NCBI GenBank assembly: GCA_041671225.1
Contig: JBAZBY010000001.1
Location: forward strand, 30,338 to 94,337
Source: Patescibacteria group bacterium
Lineage (GTDB): Bacteria; Patescibacteriota; Patescibacteriia; JBAZBY01
Length of the DNA: 64,000 nt
Direction of reading: 5' to 3'
Of this stretch, positions 50,212 to 59,261 are shown piece by piece (the stretch's first letter is position 1; each line of letters begins with the position of its first letter). Both the position numbers and the translations under genes were made by a program. A model generated the notes under the pieces. It saw nothing but the letters and a program-made list of their open reading frames with translations. It was not told where the DNA came from and made no database searches.

Positions 50212-50922
50212 TCATGACGTTCGCCGTGCGTAGATGCGCAACGTCCCTTTATGCCCCCCTTGGTTCGAGATCGTCCGGCCATTGAAGATGCGGCCGGCGG
50301 ACCAGTCTATCTTCATATCCTGGTCGTAGTTGGGTCCCATCATGACAGGACCCGACGCGGTTGCGATGCACCTCCCTTTTTCCCCTCTCACAGGAGAGGC
50401 GGTTTTGTTCCAGGGCTTCCCCGGTTGCTTGATGCTGAGCATCAAGAAACCGCGAGCCTCGCCTGGGTCAGGGTACCACTCGTTGCGGTACGACCCCTCC
50501 GAGTTGGGCATGAACGCCCGCGGGTCACTGGGATCGGTGGTCGGCGTGGTAGGCCAGAACATCCACCCGGCGTATCCGGGCTTTTTGAGCTGCCAGCTCT
50601 TTGCGACCTGGTGAGCCTCCCAGGGCAAGCAGAAGCCCCTATTGCCCACCCACTCGGCGACCCATCCTATCTCGATGTGTGGATACGACTGCACCCACGG
50701 TAGATCCCCGTAGTAGACCACGGGGACATCGTACTCAACCTCATCGAAGAGCACGAAGTTCGCTGCGAACAGTGAATCTGATCCCTCGAAGGACACAAAC
50801 CCGGGTTCAGTGATCTCGGCCGTTCCCCTTGCGAAGAACAAGATGGCCAAGACCGTGAGCGTGATCACCCCAAAGGCGGCTGCCTTTGGGTATCTGACGA
50901 AGAGGCGCTCTCCTTTCTTCAT
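50212..50922 (-). CDS. hypothetical membrane-anchored Trp/Tyr-rich extracytoplasmic protein (GC-rich island gene D)
   Basis: Start set at the internal ATG (MKKGERLFVRYPKAAAFGVITLTVLAILFF), which is preceded by GGAAGGGG. The ORF-track N-terminus overlaps gene C. No known domain. Confidence 0.55.
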   Translation of the reverse strand: MKKGERLFVRYPKAAAFGVITLTVLAILFFARGTAEITEPGFVSFEGSDSLFAANFVLFDEVEYDVPVVYYGDLPWVQSYPHIEIGWVAEWVGNRGFCLPWEAHQVAKSWQLKKPGYAGWMFWPTTPTTDPSDPRAFMPNSEGSYRNEWYPDPGEARGFLMLSIKQPGKPWNKTASPVRGEKGRCIATASGPVMMGPNYDQDMKIDWSAGRIFNGRTISNQGGHKGTLRIYARRTS

Positions 50923-50935
50923 TTTGCGCCCCTTC

Positions 50936-52036
50936 CTATGCTGCATGCTGCAGGACAAAGTGCCAGAGGCCGCTGCCCAACACGACCACCACGACCACCG
51001 CAGCGAGAAGCCGCAGTGGGTCCTTTGGGTTCTTCTGCGCGATGGCAATGCCTATCGCCAGAATGCCAACCGAGGCCGCCCCCACAAACGCGTTGAAGGG
51101 ATTGGCCGGGTTGGGGGCTGTGGGTGCAGTGATGGTAGTACCGGTATGAAGCGCTGCATCCGTACCAGACGCAACCACTCCAGACGCGATGAGAAAAAGC
51201 AGGACGATGATCGCCGTGCAGATTCCCAGGCTGATGAGTGCAGCCCGGCGCGCGAACTGAAGGGTAAGTGCCCCCATCTTCTTGAAGGAGAGTGCTCCCG
51301 CAATGAATGAGACCCACCAAACGGTTCGCACGATCAGGTAGATCAATCCGAGGCCTGGCATCTTGAGCAGGGCGTTGTTCAACACCCAGAATTGCCCAGA
51401 TGCTTCCGCGCTTGCCCGGAGGTCTTCAGACGCACCCATCGCCCCTACCTCATGCATGTAGGGATTGACGAGTTTGATCGTGAAGACGATCCCAGCAACT
51501 ATCATGAGCCAGGCCATGATCTTGTACGGAACCTCGCTCGTCCAGCCTCGCAAGTAGCCGATGCCAAAACCTCCGCAGAAAGCGAGGATCGCGAACCAGA
51601 AGGCCACAGAGTTGTTCTCCGCGTTGAACAGATGGCTGATCACGTGAAAGAACAACATACCCGTCACGAACGCGACGACCAGCCGGATCACCTTATCTGC
51701 CACGTTCCTGGCATCTTCCGGAACCTTGTCCCGTAGGATGCCGTTCGCGAAATCCATGCCCTTGGCAAAGGGGATGCAGATCGCCAAAGCCAGAATGGCC
51801 AAGACAAAATGCACGCCCACGAGGCCGAGGGAGAGATTCTGCAGGCCATGGTTCACCGTGTAGAGGTTCACCATGGCGTCGATCATGAGAAGCGCGAACA
51901 CGACGAAGAGCAGCCTGCCGCTCATCACCGTTCGGACGCCGTCGTAGAGCCACATAAACATGGCCTCTACGGCATCCCAGAGAATTTTCGTTACCGTAGC
52001 GCGGTCTTCGGTAACCGCAGCGTTCTCTTCTGTCAT
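50936..52036 (-). CDS. hypothetical polytopic membrane protein, about 9 TM (GC-rich island gene C)
   Basis: 366 aa with strongly hydrophobic segments throughout and no recognisable motif. Confidence 0.6.
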   Translation of the reverse strand: MTEENAAVTEDRATVTKILWDAVEAMFMWLYDGVRTVMSGRLLFVVFALLMIDAMVNLYTVNHGLQNLSLGLVGVHFVLAILALAICIPFAKGMDFANGILRDKVPEDARNVADKVIRLVVAFVTGMLFFHVISHLFNAENNSVAFWFAILAFCGGFGIGYLRGWTSEVPYKIMAWLMIVAGIVFTIKLVNPYMHEVGAMGASEDLRASAEASGQFWVLNNALLKMPGLGLIYLIVRTVWWVSFIAGALSFKKMGALTLQFARRAALISLGICTAIIVLLFLIASGVVASGTDAALHTGTTITAPTAPNPANPFNAFVGAASVGILAIGIAIAQKNPKDPLRLLAAVVVVVVLGSGLWHFVLQHAA

Positions 52037-52071
52037 TGGACGTTCCTTTCTTGCCCACCAACGGTGGGACG

Positions 52072-52674
52072 CTAGCGAACCGGTGCCCGACGACGCTTTG
52101 CCGCCAGGATCCGCTGGTGGAAGGTTTCCCTTCCGCGCGTGTGACGCTCGTGGAATACCACAAGACGCTCACGGCGAACCGGAGGAGCGGAAAAGAATGA
52201 GCGAGCGGATCGAATGATTTTCATCTTGATCGAGAAGGGCACGTTCTTGCCGTGCTCCTTTGCGACCAAAACAAATTTCTCTCTTGCCGCCTTCATCTCT
52301 TCCTTGCTAATGGTGCGACCGAGTTCAGCCTCGGGAATCTCCTCGCGAACGAGGATTTCCGCCATCTTCTCGGGCATGCGGCCTATTGTCTGTTCGAGGA
52401 GGAGCTCGAGTGTTTTGCCCTCAGAAAAGAATCTACTGGACTTGACCAGTACGAAATGGAGAATGTTCTCCAATCCAACTCCTCCGAGGAGCATTTCCGT
52501 CTCAAACTCTCGTCTATCCTGGTTGGCCCTGATGGCCAGCGTGCGATACGCACCAGGCGCAAAGCCCCGGAGGAGCCCCAACAGGAACTCACTCACGGGC
52601 CTCGCAATCATTCCTGCGACCGCAGGAATACCGGCATCGAAACGCCGGAGAAACTGCGATGAAGACAACGGCAT
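52072..52674 (-). CDS. hypothetical soluble protein (GC-rich island gene B)
   Basis: 200 aa, charged, Arg-rich C-terminus, no recognisable motif. First gene after the candidate promoter. Confidence 0.5.
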   Translation of the reverse strand: MPLSSSQFLRRFDAGIPAVAGMIARPVSEFLLGLLRGFAPGAYRTLAIRANQDRREFETEMLLGGVGLENILHFVLVKSSRFFSEGKTLELLLEQTIGRMPEKMAEILVREEIPEAELGRTISKEEMKAAREKFVLVAKEHGKNVPFSIKMKIIRSARSFFSAPPVRRERLVVFHERHTRGRETFHQRILAAKRRRAPVR

Positions 52675-52793
52675 GGCCGTTTCCTTTCTCTGTGCGGTGC
52701 ACAGGTTTGAGGTGTAGATAGGTAGAACGAGAACGCGTATGATCCGATTTCAATTGCTTAAGTTGTCAAACAGCGAGCAAAAACCGGACACCG

Positions 52794-52822
52794 GAACATA
52801 CCAAAGAAATACATTTTTGTCA
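52794..52822 (-). promoter_or_regulatory. candidate sigma70-like promoter for genes B-C-D (and possibly the NHL gene)
   Basis: Minus-strand TTGACA (reverse complement of 52817-52822), 17-nt spacer, TATGTT (reverse complement of 52794-52799). Confidence 0.4.
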
Positions 52823-52831
52823 AGTATTGAA

Positions 52832-52869
52832 AGAAAAAAAGAAGAGGGGTTCGCGCGAGCCAAACCCCT
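52832..52869 (-). terminator. intrinsic terminator after gene A
   Basis: Stem GAGGGGTT (52843-52850) / AACCCCTC (52862-52869) with a 10-nt loop, followed on the minus strand by UUCUUUUUUUCUUUC. Confidence 0.7.
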
Positions 52870-52919
52870 CTTGCCGCATGCTGAGTACAGCAGCGGGAAT
52901 GAGATGTGCAATCCCTCCC

Positions 52920-54395
52920 TCAACGGGAGCGGGTGGAAGAAGAGTCCTCCTGTGCGTGAAGCCAGCCCTCCTGCTGACCCAGCTTCTCCCACGCCTTCCG
53001 AAGGTCGGATGGCGCGGAATCCGCCGAAACTGCCTGGCCTCTGCCAGCCTCCATGTCCATCCGGGCAGTGCCGGGTCCGCGCTGCACGCGGAGCGTGACA
53101 TGATGTCCAGTGGACTTCATGAAACCCTCACGGCGCCCGAGCTCCTCCCAGGCCTTCCGGAGATCCGTGGTCATCCCCCCCTTGCGGAAGGGATTCTCGG
53201 TTTCCTCACGTTCCCTCGTAAGACGCGCGATGTCTTCAGCGGGATCATAAGCCCCGCCGCCGACCACGCGCGCCGCGATCCATACCGATTCATCGTGGAT
53301 CGCATCCTGCTTTTCCTGCGGCATCTCCGAATGGAAAACGCCGAGCAGGTGGTTCACCGGATGCGCGAGCAGAACTGCGAGCAGAGCGCACGCAGTGGCG
53401 ACGGTTGACCAGCGCACGTAGCGCCGGCGCCAGAACGTGCTGGCCAGCCAGTACGTGAGGCCCACGACGACAGAACGCCAGAACGAACGCGGCAGGGGTG
53501 GATCCTCGCCTTCAGGGAGCGGACGCTCTACGGGTTCGCCGGAACCGGCGAGCCACGCGGCGCGTACGTCACCCCAAAAGGACTCCACCGGACGCGGCAT
53601 GGGCTGCGGATCGAGGTCACCGAGTCCGCCAGCCAACCACTCGCGGTGGATGTGTCCGGGATAGCCCTTGAGAGAAATGATGATGTCACGTTCCCTCTCG
53701 GTCTTCGCCAGCCGGATGGTTTGGAACGGCGGTTCGCCAAAGCGATCTGTCGTTCCTTCGTGGCGATCCTCCGTCTCCGCGTTCGCGTCGACGATCTCCA
53801 CCACGATCCCCTCGAGCGGCTCATTGGTCTCACTGTTGGAGACCTGAATGATCGGGACAAACCTGCGCTGTCCCTGCTCAAAGGACACCCAGAGCTTAGG
53901 GATGATGGCCTGGCGAGGCCCGATCACTCCCTTGATGTTAAGGTCCGGATCGCTCTCCAGGCTGATCATCACGGGGATGTTCATGGCCTCGGAGACCGGA
54001 ACGCTCACCGAGAACATCGCCTTTCCTTCGACATCAAGGACGCTCGTGTTCCCGTACGGGAACGTCACGCCCGGATCGCGAAGGTCCATCTGCGCCGTAC
54101 CACGCATAGGCTCGTCGCCCAGCATGAACGTGGCGCAGATGTCGACGAGAACCACGCCGGGGCGGTTCTCGCTTTCCGTCCTCCGCAGCACCTCAAAGTG
54201 GATGCTGGGACGGCTGGTGCGGGGGGGTGCGGGTTGGGGAGCGCGCGGAGGCGGGGTATCGCGACGATCGTCGCGAGGCTCCGCTCTCCTCGGTTGGTCG
54301 CGGCGCGGGCCACGACCTCCTCTGCGTCCTCCCTCACGGGCGGGCGCTTCTCCTCCTGCTGCGCCGGGCGTACCGGCGGGGCTGTCTTCGGGCAT
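52920..54395 (-). CDS. hypothetical protein with Arg/Pro-rich disordered N-terminus, two TM helices and C-terminal tandem DLRKAWE(E/K)LG repeats (GC-rich island gene A)
   Basis: 491 aa; AAAGGAG Shine-Dalgarno upstream; about 70% GC; long antisense ORFs 53646..54542 and 53848..54711 are artefacts of the high GC content. Confidence 0.6.
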   Translation of the reverse strand: MPEDSPAGTPGAAGGEAPAREGGRRGGRGPRRDQPRRAEPRDDRRDTPPPRAPQPAPPRTSRPSIHFEVLRRTESENRPGVVLVDICATFMLGDEPMRGTAQMDLRDPGVTFPYGNTSVLDVEGKAMFSVSVPVSEAMNIPVMISLESDPDLNIKGVIGPRQAIIPKLWVSFEQGQRRFVPIIQVSNSETNEPLEGIVVEIVDANAETEDRHEGTTDRFGEPPFQTIRLAKTERERDIIISLKGYPGHIHREWLAGGLGDLDPQPMPRPVESFWGDVRAAWLAGSGEPVERPLPEGEDPPLPRSFWRSVVVGLTYWLASTFWRRRYVRWSTVATACALLAVLLAHPVNHLLGVFHSEMPQEKQDAIHDESVWIAARVVGGGAYDPAEDIARLTREREETENPFRKGGMTTDLRKAWEELGRREGFMKSTGHHVTLRVQRGPGTARMDMEAGRGQAVSADSAPSDLRKAWEKLGQQEGWLHAQEDSSSTRSR

Positions 54396-54440
54396 GCCGA
54401 ACTCCTTTCGCCGGAACTCCGGCTGGGTTGGAGAGTGCGC

Positions 54441-54470
54441 AAAAAAGAAAGCCTTCTCTGCGCGGCTTCA
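54441..54470 (-). terminator. intrinsic terminator after the comEC MBL gene
   Basis: Minus-strand hairpin GAAGCC-gcgcagagaa-GGCUUUC followed by UUUUUUGCG. Confidence 0.5.
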
Positions 54471-54538
54471 GAAACTTCTTCCAAATTGTTCAAGGTGCCT
54501 GCAATGCAACAAGAACAAGACATCAAGAACATCACAAC

Positions 54539-55381
54539 CTAACAGAAAAGGCAGGCTTTGTCAAGGTGAACAGGCTGTAATGGCGCATCGAGAAAAAAGA
54601 GAATACTTCCAAAATGATCAGTACGGAGGTATGGAATGCCCTGATGATGTAATATATCCAGCACTTCCTGATGTGGATGCCCAAAACGATTCTCTGCGCC
54701 ACAGGAAATAATGGCGAGCTCAGGAGCAATGTTTTTAATAAATGCAGGGTCAGAAGATGTGTGCGAACCATGATGGCCAAGCCGCAAAATATCAGCATGT
54801 ATATCTGGATTCCTTGCGAGTATCTGCTGCTCCACTGTAATCGACGCATCGCCTGTCAAAAAAAATGATGCATCACCTGTCAAAAATTGCAGAACAATAC
54901 TCATCTCATTTGAGTCTTCACTATCGTTCTCCAAAGGCCACAGCACAACAATCGATGCACCATCAAAAAATTGCAATCTCCTTCCGGGTACGGGTCGCTC
55001 AATGGCAATGCCGCGTTCCTGAATGTTTTGTCTGAATGTCTCCCACGCCCCGGGTTTGTCCGATGCGATCCAAAACTGATCGAAGGTGTACCGCTCCATA
55101 AGCTCTCCAAATCCAGCATAGTGATCCGTATCCGGATGCGTCACCACGGCAAGTTCAATAGTCCGGTCAAAATAAGGAAGCACGCGATCCAACTGCTCAA
55201 CAACGCTGCGGTCTGGCCCGGCATCAATGAGAATAGTCGTGTTGTCCGCAAGTTGAATAACTGTTGCGTCACCCTGCCCCACATCAAGAAAGGCAATGAA
55301 GGCCGCGGGGCGCCCAAGTTGCTTGCTACCAAGTGTGATAAAGATAGCAAGCACGATTGAAAGTGCTACAAACTTACGCAT
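54539..55381 (-). CDS. ComEC C-terminal-type metallo-beta-lactamase-fold hydrolase (separate ORF)
   Basis: DVGQGDA signature and HxHxDH-like HPDTDHYAG. Begins with its own signal/TM segment MRKFVALSIVLAIFITLG. The ORF-track N-terminal 41 aa overlap the upstream gene in another frame. Confidence 0.8.
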   Translation of the reverse strand: MRKFVALSIVLAIFITLGSKQLGRPAAFIAFLDVGQGDATVIQLADNTTILIDAGPDRSVVEQLDRVLPYFDRTIELAVVTHPDTDHYAGFGELMERYTFDQFWIASDKPGAWETFRQNIQERGIAIERPVPGRRLQFFDGASIVVLWPLENDSEDSNEMSIVLQFLTGDASFFLTGDASITVEQQILARNPDIHADILRLGHHGSHTSSDPAFIKNIAPELAIISCGAENRFGHPHQEVLDILHHQGIPYLRTDHFGSILFFLDAPLQPVHLDKACLFC

Positions 55382-56819
55382 GGCGCCTCCATCGCAACAG
55401 TTGAAATGCGTACACCGGCACCACCATAGCCACAACAAGCACCCAGGCGGAAAATCCGGGAACAAGCACGAGTGCATGCGGCACATGCGCAAAGCCTTCG
55501 GCAACGCGTGTCACAAAAAAGAGCATACCCTGCGCAATGCTCCCTACGGCACTACCGAGCATAGGATGGATGAGCCCAAGCAACGCCGCCACGCCTCCAA
55601 AAAGACTTGCAAGTGGTAACAACGGAACGGTGAGAATGTTTGCAAGGAGTGCAAACAGTGGAAAGGTGCCAAACGTCCAAAGGCTGATGGGGAGTGTAAA
55701 AAGAATCGCAACGATACTTGCCGCGACGGTATCGCGAAGCTCAAAAACACTCGGTAGAAACTGTATTCGTTCTGCGAGTGGCGTGCTGGCAACAACAAGC
55801 CCGACGGTTGCCAAAACAGAAAGCTGAAACCCCACATCAAAAAGCAACCAATACGGCCGGATGACAATCATCACAAACGCCGCGCACAGCAGAATATTCA
55901 TGGTATCCCCTTGCCTGCCAAACGCGCGCCCAACAACAACGAGCGCGCCCATAATCGCCGCGCGTATGACCGACCCTTCTGCACCAACAAGCAGCACATA
56001 CAGCAACACACAACCCAGTACAAGTGGTAGTGCGAGGCGGCGCTTCATCACCTTCAAAAGACCGGCTTCAACAAGCACAATCACCATAGTGATATTCCAA
56101 CCGGAAACCGCAACAATGTGTGAAAGACCTGTCTGAGAAAAAGATGTGCGGATACTTGTTTCCTGTGCGGATGCCCTGCCAAGCAGAATACCGGTAAGCA
56201 AACTTCCTTCCGGTTCCGGAAAAATGCGTTTGATGGATCCGAGAAACTGCTGCTTCACCGCAAAAAGAGGCGCGCGGATATCATCAACCGCACCGAGTTT
56301 TGTAAAAGCATACGGCCGCGAGCACGTTGCATGTACGTTCTGTCCAGCCAAAAACCATTGATAATAAAAAATCCGGCCGTTGTCCTCAATGGACTCAGGT
56401 TTGCGTATCGTACACGTTATTTTTATCTCATCAAAAACAACAACGCTTGGGAGCACAGGAAGCGAGAGGACAATCTGACCCTGCGCCTCCTGTCCGTTGA
56501 TCTGGAGTCGCCCGAGTGTTACGCGTTGCGCATCCACGCGTTGTTCCACATCCCGTGAAATCACACCCTGCACCTCAGCACGTTCATCAAACAAAAAATG
56601 CGCGGTGACACTCTCATGTGTATGAATACAGTATTGCGTCCACATGAATCCGCCAAAAAAGGCAACCGCGCCAAAAATCAAAAACATATCCACGCGGTGG
56701 CGCATAAAAGACACTGCCAACATAAAAAAACCAACTGCAAAGGGCAGCCCTGCTTCACCAAAAGCCAGGCTCACGCCGGCAAAAAAACAAAGGATGCTAA
56801 AACGAAATCGGTGGCTCAT
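55374..56819 (-). CDS. comEC: ComEC/Rec2 competence channel membrane domain (DUF4131 + Competence domain), lacking the MBL domain
   Basis: 481-aa polytopic membrane protein with the ComEC N-terminal architecture. 8-nt overlap with the MBL ORF. Confidence 0.8.
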   Translation of the reverse strand: MSHRFRFSILCFFAGVSLAFGEAGLPFAVGFFMLAVSFMRHRVDMFLIFGAVAFFGGFMWTQYCIHTHESVTAHFLFDERAEVQGVISRDVEQRVDAQRVTLGRLQINGQEAQGQIVLSLPVLPSVVVFDEIKITCTIRKPESIEDNGRIFYYQWFLAGQNVHATCSRPYAFTKLGAVDDIRAPLFAVKQQFLGSIKRIFPEPEGSLLTGILLGRASAQETSIRTSFSQTGLSHIVAVSGWNITMVIVLVEAGLLKVMKRRLALPLVLGCVLLYVLLVGAEGSVIRAAIMGALVVVGRAFGRQGDTMNILLCAAFVMIVIRPYWLLFDVGFQLSVLATVGLVVASTPLAERIQFLPSVFELRDTVAASIVAILFTLPISLWTFGTFPLFALLANILTVPLLPLASLFGGVAALLGLIHPMLGSAVGSIAQGMLFFVTRVAEGFAHVPHALVLVPGFSAWVLVVAMVVPVYAFQLLRWRRHA

Positions 56820-56874
56820 AGAAGTGCCACCGGTTATATGTCTACACTACAGCGTCGGATTGCTGTGCGTCAAG

Positions 56875-57976
56875 CTATTGCTTCTCGCGCGTTGCTGCTT
56901 GTCGACGAAGCTCTGCCTCAATAAATGGCAGAAGTGCGCCATTTAAAACCGTATCCGGATCGTTGCTTTCAAACTTCGTTCGATGATCCTTCACAAGTTT
57001 ATATGGATGCAATACGTAACTGCGTATCTGGTTTCCCCATGCCGCTTCGTGATATTCACCACGCAACTTTTCTTTTTCTGCCTGCTGCTTTTGCAACTCG
57101 ATCTGATGAAGTTTAACACGAAGAATCTTCATCGCTGTTTCTTTATTCTGTTTTTGTGAACGTTCGTTCTGTACGCTCACCGTAATATTCGTTGGGATGT
57201 GAACGATGCGCACCGCAGAATATGTCGTGTTCACGGACTGGCCGCCATGCCCAGAGGCCATAAATGTATCAATACGAAGTTCTTTCTCATCAATGGGAAT
57301 CTCAGCATCCAACTCCTCCAATTCCGGCAGTACCTCGCACAGCGCAAATGACGTGTGACGCAAATTGTCCGCGTTAAAGGGTGAGATGCGCACAAGTCGA
57401 TGTACGCCGGCTTCGTTTTTTAGATACCCATAGGCATAGCGTCCCTCTACCTGCACCATCACGGACTTTATACCCGCTTCTTCACCGCGCGATTCATCCA
57501 AAATCTTTGTGCGCCACCCTTGCTGCTCGGCAAAACGCAAGAACATCCGGAGTAATATTTCTGTCCAATCCTGCGCATCCACGCCTCCTGCGCCAGCATG
57601 AAGGGCGAGGATGGCATTATGCTCATCATACGATTCAGAAAGCAACACAATGAACTCAAAAGTCTCAAAACGCTTCTCAAGATCCGTCAATTGTGCTTCC
57701 AATTCATCGATGAGTGACGCATCATGTGATTCTGCAAAGGTCACCAAATCCGCGGCATCCTTCTCAAGCGCGGTAAATGCTTCGATCTCCTTTTTGAGAT
57801 CACTCAGTTGTTGCGAAACTTTTCGCGCGTGCTCTTGGTCGTTCCAAAACGCAGGCTCAGAAACCTGATCTTCCAACTCTAACAGTTTTTGCTTCTTGCC
57901 AGGAAGGTCAAAGATACCTCCCAGTCTTCTGCATTTTCTGTGTTAATTCTTTTGTACGTGTGTTGAGGTCTGCCAT
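56875..57976 (-). CDS. prfB: peptide chain release factor 2, with programmed +1 ribosomal frameshift
   Basis: The ORF track has only the post-shift frame (SPF and GGQ motifs). Upstream in the 0 frame, ATG 57976..57974 encodes MADLNTRTKELTQKMQKTGRYL and ends at TGA 57910..57908, inside the canonical shift site GGGAGG-TAT-CTT-TGA-C. A +1 shift at CTT restores the RF2 frame. Confidence 0.93.
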
Positions 57977-57983
57977 GAAAGAG

Positions 57984-59198
57984 TTATTCGGCCCGCTCAG
58001 CAAGTTCAATATCTTTGGTAAGGGTTTCACCATCGTGTATATACTGTATGGTCACCACGTCACTAGGCGCGTATTGCGCGAGGATGCTCGAAAGCGAATG
58101 CTCGTTGGTAATCTTTTCTCCGTTAATTTCAAGAATAATATCATTCTCCACAAGACCAGCGAGATCCGCTGGAGAACCCGGCACAATGGCAAGTTGATCA
58201 TCGGTACGACCCTTCACGATCACGGCGCCATAATCAACAGGAAGGTCATTCAATTTTTGCACCTGTTCATCAACAACCGTATACCGCACGCCAAGGAACG
58301 GCAATATGATGCGGCCGGTCTCTTGAACACTCTCAATTGCCTGCTTTGCTTGGTTGATGGGAAAGGCAAACCCAACAAGCTGCCCTTCTGATGATACTGC
58401 GGTATTCACGCCGATCACCTGACCGGCAATATTCATCAGCGGACCACCGGAATTACCTGAATTAATGGCGGCATCAGTTTGAATGACGTCCTCGAGCGTT
58501 TCATAATTTCCTTGCCCGTCTCCCGCGGTAATGGTGCGCCCAAGCCCAGAAATAATGCCACGCGTTACCGTGTTGCGGAACTGTCCAAGCGCATTACCAA
58601 TAGCAATGACCGTCTGCCCGATCTTTATGGATTCTGATTCGCCAAGTTCAAGATAAGAAAGCTCTCCTTCTGCCTCAATCTGCACAATTGCAAGATCATA
58701 CACAGGATGACGCGCAAGAACCGTTGCAGTGTATTCATCGCCGGTATTCATAATAACGGTATACTCCGCTGATTCTTCTGAAACAACATGTCGGTTCGTC
58801 AAAATAAGACCATCGCTGGAAATGACAAAACCAGTACCACGCCCTGTTTCTCGACGCTGCCCGTCTTCTGTGCTTTGTGGTGTCTGCGGAACGCCAAAAA
58901 ATGAATCAAATGGTGACGTGCCCCCAAAAACTTCTGGTATGGCCTGTGTTTCAATGATACTCACAACGGCTGGTGATGCTGCCTCCACCACATCAACGGT
59001 TGCTGATTCTTCTTCCAGTGCAATTGCCTGCGTATTCACGCTTTGCGCAGACTCCTGAACATCAAACCCGGGCAGTACCGCTACCCAATCTTCGAGTGTG
59101 CCATTGCCTGCGAGTACGCCAAAAACACCACCTGAGAGTGCTCCGACGATAAGACTAATGAAAATAACGATTGTGAGTGATGATTTTTGTTCTGCCAT
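57984..59198 (-). CDS. htrA: HtrA/DegP-family trypsin-like serine protease with PDZ domain
   Basis: Catalytic GNSGGPL motif and a C-terminal PDZ domain; N-terminal TM anchor. Confidence 0.9.
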   Translation of the reverse strand: MAEQKSSLTIVIFISLIVGALSGGVFGVLAGNGTLEDWVAVLPGFDVQESAQSVNTQAIALEEESATVDVVEAASPAVVSIIETQAIPEVFGGTSPFDSFFGVPQTPQSTEDGQRRETGRGTGFVISSDGLILTNRHVVSEESAEYTVIMNTGDEYTATVLARHPVYDLAIVQIEAEGELSYLELGESESIKIGQTVIAIGNALGQFRNTVTRGIISGLGRTITAGDGQGNYETLEDVIQTDAAINSGNSGGPLMNIAGQVIGVNTAVSSEGQLVGFAFPINQAKQAIESVQETGRIILPFLGVRYTVVDEQVQKLNDLPVDYGAVIVKGRTDDQLAIVPGSPADLAGLVENDIILEINGEKITNEHSLSSILAQYAPSDVVTIQYIHDGETLTKDIELAERAE

Positions 59199-59261
59199 AG
59201 TCTACTACAAAGTGTAGGAGATAGGCCATAAATGGTCAAGTGCTCCTAAAAATGACATATG

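Noticed and set aside
53646-54711. Long plus-strand ORFs 53646..54542 (298 aa) and 53848..54711 (287 aa).
   Set aside because: They are antisense to gene A in a 70% GC region where stop codons are rare. The products are Arg/Gly/Pro-rich with no motif.
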